A stretch of 64,000 nt of DNA. Source: Marispirochaeta sp. (GTDB lineage Bacteria > Spirochaetota > Spirochaetia > JC444 > Marispirochaetaceae). The notes under the pieces were generated by a model. That model was given only the letters and a program-made list of their open reading frames with translations. It did not search any database and was not told the DNA's origin. Every line of letters starts with the position of its first letter. Position 1 is the first letter of the stretch. Where the stretch lies: the NCBI GenBank assembly GCA_963676835.2, contig CAXXFF010000002.1:1344001-1408000 (forward strand), read 5' to 3'. Positions 27,715 to 38,739 of the stretch are shown piece by piece. The position numbers and the translations under genes were made by a program.

Positions 27715-29616
27715 TCAGCTGAAAATTTCCTGTATCAGGTCATTGTACCGTTCTGCGATCACATGGCGTTTGATCTCCTGCTTCTGAGACAATTCATCGC
27801 CTACCTCAAAGGGCTTGCTTATCAGTCTGAAGCGGTTGATTCGTTCAAATGCCTTGAAACCGTTCTTTCCGCACACCAGGTTCCGTATTTCAGAATCAAT
27901 CAACTCTGTTATTTCGGGAGCAGCAAACAGATCTTCCTGGTTCATGACGGTAAGATTTATCTCTTCAGCATACGATTGCAGGGAATCAAGTTCCGGAACA
28001 ACCAGGGCTGCAAGAAAGCGCTGGTCCTGGCCGAGCAGCATGGTCTGGGAGATGTAGGGAGATTCCTGCATTTTCTGCTCAATCGGCAGGGGTTCCACGT
28101 TTTCACCTCCCCGGAGCACGATGGTATCCTTTACCCGGCCTACAATGGCAAGTTCATTATTGCGGGTAAGCATCCCGAGGTCGCCGGTATTCAGCCAGCC
28201 GTCTGTAGAGAGGATAGAAAGGGTAAGCTCTTCCTGCTTGTAGTAGCCCCGCATTACCTGGGGGCCTTTTGCAAAAACAATACCTTTGCTCCCTGGAGGC
28301 AGGACATTGCCTTCTTCGTCGCGAATTTCGATAAGAGTTCCCGGAAAAACCGGACCAATAGTGCCGGGAACCGGATGCCACTGGGAACGTACTCCCAGTA
28401 CCGGGGCGGTTTCGGTGAGACCGTATCCTTCAAGAAGCAGGACCCCGGCGGCGGAAAAGAATTTATCCACCGACTTGGGCAGGGCTCCTCCTCCGGAGAT
28501 TCCCGCTACAAAGCGTCCCCCAAGCTTGGCTTTAATTTTTGAGAATACCAGCAGGTCTCCCAGAGCTTTTACCGGGTAAAGCAGTGCAAAGGGGACAATG
28601 GCGGTGAGAATATCCAGAACACGTATGCGGCGGTGAAATGCGGGGAGCCTGCCGTAGAGACGGTCTCTGAAGCCTGTCCAGGTACCGGCGGCGGAGACAA
28701 AGAAATAGAAGAGCAGTTTCTTGATGCCCCCTTCGCTGTTGATGTTCCGGTAAATTCCTGCCTGAACAGCTTCCCATATTCTGGGTACCGAAGCCATCCA
28801 TGTCGGTTTTATTGCCTGCATATCGCCAAGCATAATCTTTCCAACAGGCTTGGAGTAGGCAAGAGCAGATCCCCATCCGGTGGCCACGTACTGCATGATA
28901 CGCTCGAATGAGTGCCAAACGGGAAGAACACAAAGCCAGATATCCTCAAGGCCTGTGTGGAGGAGCTGGGGAACATTTTCTACCTGATGAAGGAAATTGC
29001 CGTGGGTAAGAACTACCCCCTTGGGTACTCCGGTTGTTCCGGATGTGAAAATAAGGGTGGCTACATCATCACGCTGTCCGGCTTCTATGGAACTCTCTAC
29101 CGGGGCCGGATCTTTTTCGAAAAGCTTCCGCCCTTTTTCCATAATTTCCGCAAAGGTGTGCAGCTTTGCTCCCATCCATGCGGAGGCCTTTTCGCCGGAA
29201 TCGAAGATGATAATATGTTTAACCTGGCTGAGATCTTTTTTGTGGGCAGTCAGTTTTGCAAGCTGTGCCTCGTTTTCGACTATTACCACCCGGCAGTCAG
29301 AAAAGGAGAGAATGTAGCTGATCTCTTCTGCGGTAGAATCACAGCCCCGGGGTACATCTGCTGCACGCAGAGCGTGAACAGCTATATCGCTTATAAGCCA
29401 CTCCTTGCGGTTTTCACTGATCAGGCCGACATGGTCTCCTTCCTTTACTCCCAGATCCTGTAGACCTGCTGCCATTGCTTTGAATTCTGCGGCAAACTCC
29501 CTGAATCGGGTCGGGTGAAACACCCCTTCGGCATCCTTGCTGTACTGAACAGGAGCATCGGGATGTTCGGATGCGAAATGCAGAATCCGTTTTGGCAGGG
29601 TAGCAGGTGTTTCCAT
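27715..29616 (-). CDS. Long-chain fatty acid-CoA ligase (AMP-binding)
   Basis: IFTSGTTGVPKG, EGYGLTET, GWLNTGDLG, GRVKDTIVLRGGENVEP. Confidence 0.9.
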   Translation of the reverse strand: METPATLPKRILHFASEHPDAPVQYSKDAEGVFHPTRFREFAAEFKAMAAGLQDLGVKEGDHVGLISENRKEWLISDIAVHALRAADVPRGCDSTAEEISYILSFSDCRVVIVENEAQLAKLTAHKKDLSQVKHIIIFDSGEKASAWMGAKLHTFAEIMEKGRKLFEKDPAPVESSIEAGQRDDVATLIFTSGTTGVPKGVVLTHGNFLHQVENVPQLLHTGLEDIWLCVLPVWHSFERIMQYVATGWGSALAYSKPVGKIMLGDMQAIKPTWMASVPRIWEAVQAGIYRNINSEGGIKKLLFYFFVSAAGTWTGFRDRLYGRLPAFHRRIRVLDILTAIVPFALLYPVKALGDLLVFSKIKAKLGGRFVAGISGGGALPKSVDKFFSAAGVLLLEGYGLTETAPVLGVRSQWHPVPGTIGPVFPGTLIEIRDEEGNVLPPGSKGIVFAKGPQVMRGYYKQEELTLSILSTDGWLNTGDLGMLTRNNELAIVGRVKDTIVLRGGENVEPLPIEQKMQESPYISQTMLLGQDQRFLAALVVPELDSLQSYAEEINLTVMNQEDLFAAPEITELIDSEIRNLVCGKNGFKAFERINRFRLISKPFEVGDELSQKQEIKRHVIAERYNDLIQEIFS

Positions 29617-29704
29617 GGGAACCTCCGGGGGTGTTTTTCAGACTAATGATTATGCTATCACGGCTTATTCTGTTTGGAAAGCTTTGATTCTATTAATGGT
29701 AGAC

Positions 29705-30274
29705 TTAAAGTTGGCTGAAGTATTTTAGAAAAACACTGGATATCATTCTGTGAAGATCTTGAGCCGCAGCTTCAGCTTCACGGACAACAATCTGCTGTTG
29801 CTCTGATAATTGGCCGGTCGTGTTCAGTATATTTAGGGCGCTGAAAATAATCTGTAAGGGATTGTTGGTAAAATGACTGATTTCATGCAGCGAATCACCT
29901 TTTTTTTGAGGATTGATACTCTCCATGTTGGAACATAAAAACAGAAGAGAATTTTCGATTGTAAATACACCTCTAAAACTATTTAAACTGTCTATGCATG
30001 GTAGTGCGCGAATATTGTTATTGAAGAGTGTTTCTATACCATCTAACAAGTCGGTATCTGTTCTGATAAACTTCCTTTCTTTAACACAATCACCAGATAA
30101 TACACGTTTTCTTAAAGCAATATCCTTATGGGTAAGTAATCCGAAGTATTTTGAATCTTTTAAGACAACGACAAACGAATTCGCTTCGAGGATTTTCTGT
30201 GCTTTTTTAACAGAGTCAAGATAAAGTACAGTGGGGTAATTGGTGATTACTACATCACTGACCTTTGCGTCCAT
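29705..30274 (-). CDS. CBS-pair protein with C-terminal HisKA-like (DHp) helices and no ATPase domain
   Basis: VVVLKDSKYFGLLTHKDI and ALPCID..FRGVFT CBS motifs; EISHFTNNPLQII H-box-like motif; AT-rich. Confidence 0.65.
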   Translation of the reverse strand: MDAKVSDVVITNYPTVLYLDSVKKAQKILEANSFVVVLKDSKYFGLLTHKDIALRKRVLSGDCVKERKFIRTDTDLLDGIETLFNNNIRALPCIDSLNSFRGVFTIENSLLFLCSNMESINPQKKGDSLHEISHFTNNPLQIIFSALNILNTTGQLSEQQQIVVREAEAAAQDLHRMISSVFLKYFSQL

Positions 30275-30613
30275 CTATAGTTCAATACCGACAAAAGATT
30301 TCTTTACCGATAAATCAACATTAATTGCTTCAATTTCATCAATATAAGGAAATACGTATTTCCCTAAAACCTCTGTAAGTTTATCTATATCTATGCGTTT
30401 CAGAATTCTGTTGGACACGAATATTATTCCGATATTAGGAAACTCTTCCATGTTTATATCAAAAGAGGAGAACTGACCGGGGGCAAGAATTTTTAAGGAT
30501 TCAAAGATACCAAGTTTTCCATGCTGATAATGGCTGCCTAAAACAAGAATATCAGTAACAGGAGGTAACTTTATTGCTTCGAAACTTAATCTAACTTCAT
30601 GTTTTTCCTGCAT
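30275..30613 (-). CDS. Hypothetical protein (112 aa)
   Basis: AAGGAG RBS; stop directly abuts the next ATG; AT-rich. Confidence 0.7.
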   Translation of the reverse strand: MQEKHEVRLSFEAIKLPPVTDILVLGSHYQHGKLGIFESLKILAPGQFSSFDINMEEFPNIGIIFVSNRILKRIDIDKLTEVLGKYVFPYIDEIEAINVDLSVKKSFVGIEL

Positions 30614-30692
30614 GGAAAAGCTCCTTTTTTAATGTGCATATATGATATTATAAATGCTTATTACGGATAAAACAATAAACTGGTTTTCGTCA

Positions 30693-30722
30693 CAAAAAAA
30701 GAGCCGCTTCGATGAAGCGGCT
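30693..30722 (-). terminator. Intrinsic terminator of amino-acid ABC operon
   Basis: AGCCGCTTC-GAT-GAAGCGGCT preceded by an A-run on + strand. Confidence 0.75.
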
Positions 30723-30735
30723 ATACATACGGGGA

Positions 30736-31467
30736 TTACAGAATGTGTTCCAGGAAGCGTTTGGTCCGTTCCTCTTTGGGGTTGGAGAAAAGTTCTTCCG
30801 GTGGAGAAATTTCCACGATCTGGCCGCCGTCCATAAACACAACCTTGTCTGCTGCGGCTTTGGCGAATCCCATTTCGTGGGAAACCACCAGCATGGTCAT
30901 GCCCTCTTTGGCCAGATCCTGCATTACATCCAGTACTTCCTTGATCATTTCTGGATCCAGTGCAGAAGTGGGTTCGTCAAAGAGCATTACCTTGGGTTCC
31001 ATAGCCAGGGCCCGGGCAATGGCTACCCGCTGCTGCTGACCACCGGAAAGCTGCTCCGGCCAGGCCTCTTCCTTGTCGGAAAGACCAACCTTCTCGAGAA
31101 GCTGGCGGGCTTTTATTTCAGCATCCTGCCGGGATATTCCCTTCACGGTACGGGGGCCCATGGTAATATTGTCCAGTACCCGCAGATGGGGAAAGAGGTT
31201 GAAGCTCTGGAAGACCATACCTACCTCTTCCCGGATTTTACGGATATCTGCTTTATGTCCGGTAACCTTGTCATCGTCAATCCAGATATCACCTTCTGTA
31301 AGATGCTCAAGGCGGTTTACCGAGCGAAGAAGGGTGCTTTTTCCGGAACCCGAGGGGCCGATAATCAGGACTACCTCTCCCGGCTGGACATCAAGACTTG
31401 CTCCCCGAAGGGCCTGTACGGTGTTGAAGGTCTTTACTGCGTTTTCTATGCGTATTCTTGGTTTCAT
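30736..31467 (-). CDS. Polar amino-acid ABC transporter ATPase (GlnQ-like)
   Basis: [48 protein letters not shown]. Confidence 0.95.
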   Translation of the reverse strand: MKPRIRIENAVKTFNTVQALRGASLDVQPGEVVLIIGPSGSGKSTLLRSVNRLEHLTEGDIWIDDDKVTGHKADIRKIREEVGMVFQSFNLFPHLRVLDNITMGPRTVKGISRQDAEIKARQLLEKVGLSDKEEAWPEQLSGGQQQRVAIARALAMEPKVMLFDEPTSALDPEMIKEVLDVMQDLAKEGMTMLVVSHEMGFAKAAADKVVFMDGGQIVEISPPEELFSNPKEERTKRFLEHIL

Positions 31468-32255
31468 TTTGTCTTCATCCTGTCTTCCATTACGGCCACA
31501 AGCTTGGAGAGGGCCAGGGTAAATACAAGATAAACCAGAGCCACGATGGCATAGGTTTCCAGGGAAAGAAAGGTTCTTGCCACATATTCTCTTCCCCGGC
31601 GGAGAATATCTCTCAGGGCAATTACCGATACCAGGGAGGAATCCTTTAACATGGCGATGAATTCATTTCCGATGGCCGGGAGGATGACCTTAATTGTCTG
31701 GGGCAGGATTACCAGCCTCAGAGCCTGTCCCCGGGAAAGACCCAGCGCAAGGGCTGCTTCCATCTGTCCTTTTGGAATGGACTGAATTCCCGCGCGGAAA
31801 ATCTCACCCATATAGGCTCCATAGCAGATGGAAAGAGCAATAACTGCCGCAATTTCGCCTTCAAGGTGAAACCAGCGTCCCAGGGCGAAGTAGATAAAAA
31901 TCAGCTGTACCAGCAGGGGTATCCCGCGGATAAGCTCAATATAGATACCCGCAACAAGGTTGAAAAACCGCATTCGGGAAATCTGTCCGAGACCGGTAAA
32001 GAGGCCGATAAAAACGGAACCGAGAATAGCGAAGACTGTGACGGTAAAGGTAACGGGAATACCTTTGGATACTACCTTGATAATCTGTCCGTAGGACTCA
32101 TCTGCAAAAAGAAAGAGTCCGCCCAAAAGCAGTATGGAAAGGGTGAAGGTTATACGCCAGGAATCAAGAATACGGCGTTCGCTCTTTACAGGAATGAGGG
32201 CCCCGTCGGTTACCTCGATGCGGGGCCCTTTTGCCGGCTGGTCTAACGCAGCCAT
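31464..32255 (-). CDS. Polar amino-acid ABC transporter permease
   Basis: [36 protein letters not shown]. Confidence 0.95.
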   Translation of the reverse strand: MAALDQPAKGPRIEVTDGALIPVKSERRILDSWRITFTLSILLLGGLFLFADESYGQIIKVVSKGIPVTFTVTVFAILGSVFIGLFTGLGQISRMRFFNLVAGIYIELIRGIPLLVQLIFIYFALGRWFHLEGEIAAVIALSICYGAYMGEIFRAGIQSIPKGQMEAALALGLSRGQALRLVILPQTIKVILPAIGNEFIAMLKDSSLVSVIALRDILRRGREYVARTFLSLETYAIVALVYLVFTLALSKLVAVMEDRMKTK

Positions 32256-32986
32256 TTTTTAATCAGTTCATCCCGTTTGCCGGACTCAATAACCTTTTTC
32301 AGGCCGGCATTGATTTTCTCCAGAAGCTCAGTATTGCCCTTCTGTACAGCGATTCCGTAGAACTCTTCGGTAAAGGGTTCTCCGACAATCTTGAGTTTGC
32401 CTTTGTAGTTGTCATTTGCCAGAACATAGTCGGCAGCAACAGGTGAGTCACATACAACACCATCCACATTGCCGTTCATCAGATCTTCCACTGCAAGGCC
32501 GATTTCATCGTATGTTTTACGTTCAACCCCTGCTACTGCTTCAACGGCAAAATCTCCGGTGGTACCAATCTGTACACCAACGGTCATTCCCTTCATGTCC
32601 TGCAGGGTAGTAACACCGTTAAGTGCGGATTTTACAATCAGAATCTGTCCGGCGTTAATGTAGGGATCAGAGAAATCCATGGTGTTCTTACGTTCGTCGG
32701 TGATGGTTACGGAAGAAATGATACCGTCGTAGGCGCCGTTGGCAAGGCCTGCGAAGATTCCGTCCCAGGCGGTATTCTTGATTTCATACTTAAAACCGCC
32801 AGCTTTGGCAATCTCTGCCATAAGGTCGATGTCAAATCCGACCATATCGCCGTTTTCATCGATGAATTCCATGGGAGCCCAGGCAACGTCAGAGGCGATG
32901 ACTATCTTGTCCTCTTTCTTGCATCCGCTTACTGCTACGAGCAGAATTAGTAAAATTGTAATAAACAGGGCACTTCGTTTCAACAT
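32243..32986 (-). CDS. Polar/basic amino-acid ABC substrate-binding lipoprotein
   Basis: Lipobox VSGC; GFDIDL, WDGIFAGL, ITDERK..MDFSDPY, GTTG. Confidence 0.93.
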   Translation of the reverse strand: MLKRSALFITILLILLVAVSGCKKEDKIVIASDVAWAPMEFIDENGDMVGFDIDLMAEIAKAGGFKYEIKNTAWDGIFAGLANGAYDGIISSVTITDERKNTMDFSDPYINAGQILIVKSALNGVTTLQDMKGMTVGVQIGTTGDFAVEAVAGVERKTYDEIGLAVEDLMNGNVDGVVCDSPVAADYVLANDNYKGKLKIVGEPFTEEFYGIAVQKGNTELLEKINAGLKKVIESGKRDELIKKWLR

Positions 32987-33052
32987 TCTTTGTTCTCCTT
33001 GAGAATCAGTTAATTTATATCAAGATAGGGTATTTCCTGTTAGGAAGTCAAT

Positions 33053-33084
33053 AAAAAAACCGCTCTCCATGGCAGGAGAGCGGC
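33053..33084 (-). terminator. Intrinsic terminator after PPIase gene
   Basis: A-run then CCGCTCTCC-ATGGCA-GGAGAGCGG. Confidence 0.75.
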
Positions 33085-33105
33085 TTTAATTCGGGCAAAA
33101 TTCGG

Positions 33106-34245
33106 TTAGTCGGCCGACTGGGGTTCCGCTGCCGGTGCCGGCGGAGCGGGTTTCAGATCCGGGCGCAGGATCTTTATATCCGATGCTTTCTGGGCGTTTA
33201 CCAGAAACTCTTCGAAAACCATCTGCTGCTTTCTCGGCTGCAGCTGTTCCATCAGCGACTGCCGGGCCTGGTCAAAGGTGGGCAGCCAGGGCTCTTTTTT
33301 GCCTTCCACCTTTATAATGTGGTAACCGAAGCTGGTTTCAACAATGCCGCTGATCTCTCCTGCATTCAGTGCAAAGGCAGCCTCGGAAAAGGGTTTGACC
33401 ATTTTATCCGCGGGAAAAAATCCCAGATCTCCTCCGTTTACGCTTGAGGGGCCTTCGGATTTTTCCTTTGCCAGTTCTGCGAAGTCCGCACCTCCCGCCA
33501 GTTCCTGCTGAATGGCTTCAATTCTGCTCAATGCATCTGCCTTCTGTTCCGCTGTAGCATCCTCTGCTACTTTTATAAGGATATGCCTGGCATGTACGGT
33601 TTCCGGCTGGGTTATCTGTTCGAGGTTTGCGTTATAGGCCCTGCGCAGTTCCTCTTCGGTAACTGCGACATCCCGAATTACCTCCTGCTGGAGAACAAAG
33701 ACCTGGAGGCTCTGGGTAATCTCCTTGCGCAGCCGGTCCATGGTGTAGCCTTTTGCATTAAGCTCCTGCTGAAAGGCTTCTTCCGTGGGATATTTGTCTT
33801 TTACTTCCTGCATTTCCATATCCACCCTGTCGGGGTCGACGGAAAGGTTCAGTTCTCTGAACTTCTGTAAAAGCACATACTTGGTTATCATTGCCTGGAG
33901 TACCTGCTTTTCCAGTACGCTTTCCTGGTCGGGGGTAAGTGTTTTGCCTGTCTGCAGGGTGTAGTTCATCTTGTTATTATCCATCTGGGCATCGAATGCC
34001 TCTTCGGTGATGGATTCGCCGTTAACTGTGGCTATGGCTCCGGTGTTAACCGAAAGTGAAGAACGTCTTTTCTCAGGTTCTTCATCTGAAGAAGAAGCCG
34101 GTTGTGCTGCGGCGGTGCTTTCGGGTTTGGCCGGAGTTTCTGCTTTTTCTTTCTGTCCTCCCGCGAAAATCGGGACAGAAAGGGTGGTGAGCAGAAGAAA
34201 CAGGCTTAGAGATGTACGTATCATTGGTCGCGAAATCATTATCAC
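33106..34245 (-). CDS. SurA/PrsA-like peptidyl-prolyl isomerase (parvulin)
   Basis: IATVNGESIT, ARHILIK, FAELAKEKS, GGDLGFF, ETSFGYHIIKV. Confidence 0.9.
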   Translation of the reverse strand: MIMISRPMIRTSLSLFLLLTTLSVPIFAGGQKEKAETPAKPESTAAAQPASSSDEEPEKRRSSLSVNTGAIATVNGESITEEAFDAQMDNNKMNYTLQTGKTLTPDQESVLEKQVLQAMITKYVLLQKFRELNLSVDPDRVDMEMQEVKDKYPTEEAFQQELNAKGYTMDRLRKEITQSLQVFVLQQEVIRDVAVTEEELRRAYNANLEQITQPETVHARHILIKVAEDATAEQKADALSRIEAIQQELAGGADFAELAKEKSEGPSSVNGGDLGFFPADKMVKPFSEAAFALNAGEISGIVETSFGYHIIKVEGKKEPWLPTFDQARQSLMEQLQPRKQQMVFEEFLVNAQKASDIKILRPDLKPAPPAPAAEPQSAD

Positions 34246-34403
34246 TCCTTTATTTCACTCCTGTATATCGGTCATATATTAGACCCTAGGACTATAGCTC
34301 ATCAGGACATTTTTGTCAGGCAGAAGGTTTATACTTGACTATGCAGGTAATAAATAGCGAATTTTATATATGGCCTCGTGTTTATTTCTAGGAGGAGATA
34401 GTC

Positions 34404-34952
34404 GTGAAAAGATACCTGAAACACGCAATTTTTCTGCTTCTGTATATGAGTTTGGCAGTCAACCTGCTGGCAGATACCTCATGGCTTCCGGGGTACCGGG
34501 TGTATGGTGAAGATGATTCAGTGTCGTATCCGGTTCAAATGACAGACCGGGAATGGAAAAGCCGTCTATCAGAGGAACAGTTTTATATTCTACGGGAAAA
34601 GGGCACCGAATATGCGTATACCGGGGAGTATGACAAATTCTATAAGAAAGGTACCTACTACTCGGCAGCTACCGGCCAGCCTTTGTTCCGGTCTTCTGCC
34701 AAATTTAATTCCGGTACCGGCTGGCCCAGCTTCTTTGCCCCTGTAGACCGGAGTGCGGTAGTTCTTATTGAGGACAATTCCCTCTTTATGCAGAGGGTAG
34801 AGGTTGTAGACAGCCTGAGCGGTTCTCATCTGGGGCATGTTTTTCCCGACGGACCTGCTCCCACGGGGCTGCGTTTCTGTATAAACTCGGATGCGCTCAT
34901 CTTTGTCCCTGAAGGGGAGGAGCCCCCTGAGCTGATTAACAGCGGCCGCTGA
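34404..34952 (+). CDS. msrB: Exported methionine-R-sulfoxide reductase MsrB
   Basis: Signal peptide; [33 protein letters not shown]. Confidence 0.93.
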   Translation: MKRYLKHAIFLLLYMSLAVNLLADTSWLPGYRVYGEDDSVSYPVQMTDREWKSRLSEEQFYILREKGTEYAYTGEYDKFYKKGTYYSAATGQPLFRSSAKFNSGTGWPSFFAPVDRSAVVLIEDNSLFMQRVEVVDSLSGSHLGHVFPDGPAPTGLRFCINSDALIFVPEGEEPPELINSGR

Positions 34953-35069
34953 CACGTAAGCTGCAGACGGACAGATATTTCTTGCCGAAGCGCATCTTCA
35001 GCGATACCATTAATAGTGGAGCTACCGCTGATTGTGCACCTGTCATGAATGTGTGAATGGAGGTTTGGC

Positions 35070-35555
35070 ATGAAAAAGATACTGATTGCATATGATTTTT
35101 CCGACCTGAGCGGTCCGGTACTGCGAACAGCTTCAGACCTTGCAAAGGCCTTCAACGCTTCTGTACTGCTTCTGCATACTGAACCGCCCCGTACCGGCTA
35201 TATCTATTACTCTCCCGGTTATACCTATCATGGAATTCTCGGTTTCGGCCTGGAGGAGACGGTGATGCAGGAGATAGAATCGGAGCAGCTCAAACACGAC
35301 CGGCAGGCTCTGGATGTTCTTGAGAAGCAGCTGGAGAAAGACGGCATAGCTGCGGAATCGCTGCTGTTGACCGGAGATCCCTCTGCGGCGATCCTGGATA
35401 CGGCCCGTGAACAGGAAGTCGATATGGTAGTCGTGGGCGCCCATTCCCATGGTGCTTTTTATAAATTTCTCTTCGGCTGTGTTGATGCGGATCTGGTTCA
35501 GAAAGCCCCCTGTCCGGTGCTTATTGTGCCGGAAACAGCGGTCAAAAAGCAGTAG
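35070..35555 (+). CDS. Universal stress protein (UspA family)
   Basis: MKKILIAYDFS, DMVVVGAH, APCPVLIV; GGAGG RBS. Confidence 0.9.
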   Translation: MKKILIAYDFSDLSGPVLRTASDLAKAFNASVLLLHTEPPRTGYIYYSPGYTYHGILGFGLEETVMQEIESEQLKHDRQALDVLEKQLEKDGIAAESLLLTGDPSAAILDTAREQEVDMVVVGAHSHGAFYKFLFGCVDADLVQKAPCPVLIVPETAVKKQ

Positions 35556-35643
35556 ACCCATCGCTTGTAACGAATCAGGCTTTTAACTACAATGCCTCTC
35601 ATATCGCCTTCCTTAAAAATGAGAAGAATGAGAGGAGTTCTGT

Positions 35644-37335
35644 ATGAGCGACGTGGAAAGCAAATCCAATTTTATCTGGGATGCCATCGATACGGATATT
35701 GCTGCCGGCAAAGTAAAGGATAAGGTTATTACCCGCTTTCCGCCGGAACCGAACGCCTATCTGCATATCGGCCATGCCAAGGCCATTTATATCGATTTTG
35801 AAACCGCCCGCCGCTATGGCGGACACACCAACCTGCGCATGGATGATACCAATCCTCTCAAGGAGGAGCAGGAGTACATCGACGGTATTCAGGAAGATGT
35901 CCTCTGGCTGGGCTATCAGTGGGAAAACCTTACCTATGCTTCCGACGTTTTTGATACCATGTATGAACTTGCCGAAATGATGGTCGAAAAGGGCCTTGCC
36001 TATGTTGATGATCTTTCTGCAGAAGAGATTCGTGAATATCGCGGAACTCTGACGGAGCCTGGCAAGGAGAGTCCCCACCGAAACCGGACTCCCGGGGAGA
36101 ACATGGATCTGTTCCGCCGTATGCGGGATGGCGAGTTCAAGGACGGTGAAAAGGTTCTGCGTGCAAAAATAGATATGACCTCGGGCAATATTAATATGCG
36201 CGACCCGGTTATGTACCGGATTCAGCATGCCGACCACTATCGTCAGGGTGGAAAATGGTGTATCTACCCAATGTATGACTGGGCCCACGGCCTTGAGGAC
36301 TCTTTTGAGGGGGTAACCCATTCTCTCTGTACCCTGGAGTTTGAGGATCACCGTCCTCTGTATGACTGGTTTCTTCTCCAGCTCCCGATACACAAGCCGC
36401 GGCAGATAGAGTTCAGCAGGCTGCAGATTACCCGAACCCTGCTTTCCAAGCGTTTTTATATTCGTCTCATGCAGGATAAACTTATCTCCGGCTGGGATGA
36501 TCCCAGGGTTCCGACGATCCGTGGTCTGCGCCGCCGCGGGTATACCCCTGAAGCCATCAAGGCCTTTGTGGAGATGATCGGTATATCAAAATCCCACAGT
36601 GTTATCGATTCGGGAATGCTCGAATTCTGTCTGCGGGAAGATCTGAACCGGCGTTCTCTGCGGCGGATGGCGGTGCTGAAGCCGGTGAAGCTTACCATAA
36701 GCAACTATCCCGAGGATCAGGTTGAATGGTTCGACGGGGAGAATAATCCCGAAGATCCGGAAGGTGGAAGCCGAAAGATCCCCTTCTGTCGGGATCTCTA
36801 TATTGAAGCAGAGGATTTTATGATCGATCCTCCCAAAAAGTTTTTCCGTCTCGGTCCGGGCAGGGAAATACGGCTGAAGCATGCCTACTATGTCACCTGT
36901 ACGGACTTTACTCAGGATGCCGATGGAAATGTTACAGAAATTGTCTGTACCTACGACCCTGAGAGCAGGGGAGGATGGTCTGAGGACGGGCGCAAGGTAA
37001 AGGGAACCAGTCACTGGGTAAGTGCAAGGCATGCGGTGGATGCCGAGGTGCGTAACTACTCAGACCTTTTCAAGGTGGAAAAGCCCTGGGAAAATACTGA
37101 AGACTTTGCTGCGATAATGAATGAGAACTCCCTGGAAGTACTCGAAGGTGTGAAAATCGAACCGGAACTGGCTGCGGCTGCGGCTGGATCTGTCAATGGA
37201 AGCATTGAAGGTATCTTTCAGTTTCTCCGTCAGGGATATTACACCGTTGATCTGGATTCAACTCCCGACAAGCCGGTTTTCAACCGGACTGTCGGGCTGA
37301 AAGACAGCTGGGCAAAGACGCAGAAAAAGGGCTGA
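35644..37335 (+). CDS. glnS: Glutamine-tRNA ligase
   Basis: [43 protein letters not shown]. Confidence 0.95.
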   Translation: MSDVESKSNFIWDAIDTDIAAGKVKDKVITRFPPEPNAYLHIGHAKAIYIDFETARRYGGHTNLRMDDTNPLKEEQEYIDGIQEDVLWLGYQWENLTYASDVFDTMYELAEMMVEKGLAYVDDLSAEEIREYRGTLTEPGKESPHRNRTPGENMDLFRRMRDGEFKDGEKVLRAKIDMTSGNINMRDPVMYRIQHADHYRQGGKWCIYPMYDWAHGLEDSFEGVTHSLCTLEFEDHRPLYDWFLLQLPIHKPRQIEFSRLQITRTLLSKRFYIRLMQDKLISGWDDPRVPTIRGLRRRGYTPEAIKAFVEMIGISKSHSVIDSGMLEFCLREDLNRRSLRRMAVLKPVKLTISNYPEDQVEWFDGENNPEDPEGGSRKIPFCRDLYIEAEDFMIDPPKKFFRLGPGREIRLKHAYYVTCTDFTQDADGNVTEIVCTYDPESRGGWSEDGRKVKGTSHWVSARHAVDAEVRNYSDLFKVEKPWENTEDFAAIMNENSLEVLEGVKIEPELAAAAAGSVNGSIEGIFQFLRQGYYTVDLDSTPDKPVFNRTVGLKDSWAKTQKKG

Positions 37336-37345
37336 CAGGGGGTTT

Positions 37346-37873
37346 TTATTCCTGCTCTTCTTCTTTTGAGTCTTTTCTGCTGTCTGTTTCCTGATTGGCT
37401 TCGGAGAGAATACCGAGTTCTTCTTCGCTGAATACCTGGCTGGTATTCAGTATGATGATAAAATCTTCCCCGATTTTGCCTATACCTTTAATAAAAGCGG
37501 CATTGATCTGGGTGCTGAACTTCGGCGCCGGTTCAATGCTGCTGTGTTCAATCTCTACAACTTCGCTTACGGAATCAACAAAGGCTCCAACCTGAATCTC
37601 TTCACCTTCGTTAATTATCTCCAGAATTATTATGCTGGTGTCTTCGGTCTGCTGGGTGGAGGGAAGTTCCAGTTTCAGCCGCAGGTCGATAACGGGAACT
37701 ACGCTTCCCCTGAGGTTTATTACACCCTTCATAAATGCAGGCATCCTGGGTATCCGGGTTATCCGGGGAACCTCAAGAACCTCCCGCACACCCTGTACAT
37801 CTACTGCATAGCTTTCGTTTTCAAGGTTAAAGGTAAGGTACTGATGGGAAACAGCTGTTTGTGTGCCGGACAT
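37346..37873 (-). CDS. cheW: Chemotaxis protein CheW
   Basis: QYLTFNL, GVINLRGSVVPVIDLR, VDSVSEV; GAGGAGG RBS before MSGTQ. Confidence 0.93.
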   Translation of the reverse strand: MSGTQTAVSHQYLTFNLENESYAVDVQGVREVLEVPRITRIPRMPAFMKGVINLRGSVVPVIDLRLKLELPSTQQTEDTSIIILEIINEGEEIQVGAFVDSVSEVVEIEHSSIEPAPKFSTQINAAFIKGIGKIGEDFIIILNTSQVFSEEELGILSEANQETDSRKDSKEEEQE

Positions 37874-37948
37874 GGATTGCCTCCTCTTACCATCTATTAT
37901 GATTCCAAAAGTCAGACTATGCAAATTCCGGCGGCATTTTTTCTCCGA

Positions 37949-38734
37949 CTATACGGCAGTCTGCGCCTGTTTTTTGTTCCGGTCGGCAATAAGCCTGAGT
38001 CCTTCCAGTATCAGCCATGGTTCAACCAGAGTAATACTTTCTGTCAGGGGGGCAATAACCGGCGCTCTCCCTCCGGTGGCGATTACTGTCGCCTCTCCGC
38101 CAAGTTCCAGGCGTATACGTCGGATAAGCCCTTCCACGAGGCCGGCATACCCGAAGAGAACTCCTGAGCGGATTGACTGGGTGGTATTTTTGCCGATTGC
38201 CTTTTCCGGAGGCTGGAGCCATACCTGGGGAAGCTGGGCAGTTGATGATGAAAGGGCTGCAGCAGCAGCCTGAATCCCCGGAGCAATGGCCACGCCAACC
38301 AGTTCGCCCGGTTTCTGAACCGCCGTAAAGGTGAGAGCTGTTCCGAAGTCGACGACTATGCAGTTGCCGCCGACCCGCTGGTAGGCGGCAACGGCGTTAC
38401 AGACAAGGTCGGTGCCAACTTCAGAGGGGTTGTCGGTGCGGATTTTAATGCCGGTTTTTACTCCGGGCCCCACAATTATAGGCTCTCTTCCGGTAAGGGC
38501 TTCAATCACTTCACGGAGTTTTTCGGTTAACAGGGGAACCACCGAACTGATAATGGAGGTGTCGATGGCCTCCCGGGGGATGCCTTCTTCCCTGAGAATG
38601 TCCCGGAAAAGCACGGCGTATTCATCAGGCATCTTGTTGTGGTCTGTGTGAATTCGCCATTGGCCGATCCAGCCTGAGCCTCCGAAGAGGCCCAGCACTA
38701 TATTTGAGTTTCCGATATCAACAGCAAGCAGCAT
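37949..38734 (-). CDS. coaX: Type III pantothenate kinase
   Basis: AVDIGNSN, ISSVVP, VGTD, VVDFGTALT, IGKNT, VIATGG. Confidence 0.93.
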   Translation of the reverse strand: MLLAVDIGNSNIVLGLFGGSGWIGQWRIHTDHNKMPDEYAVLFRDILREEGIPREAIDTSIISSVVPLLTEKLREVIEALTGREPIIVGPGVKTGIKIRTDNPSEVGTDLVCNAVAAYQRVGGNCIVVDFGTALTFTAVQKPGELVGVAIAPGIQAAAAALSSSTAQLPQVWLQPPEKAIGKNTTQSIRSGVLFGYAGLVEGLIRRIRLELGGEATVIATGGRAPVIAPLTESITLVEPWLILEGLRLIADRNKKQAQTAV

Positions 38735-38739
38735 GCCTG

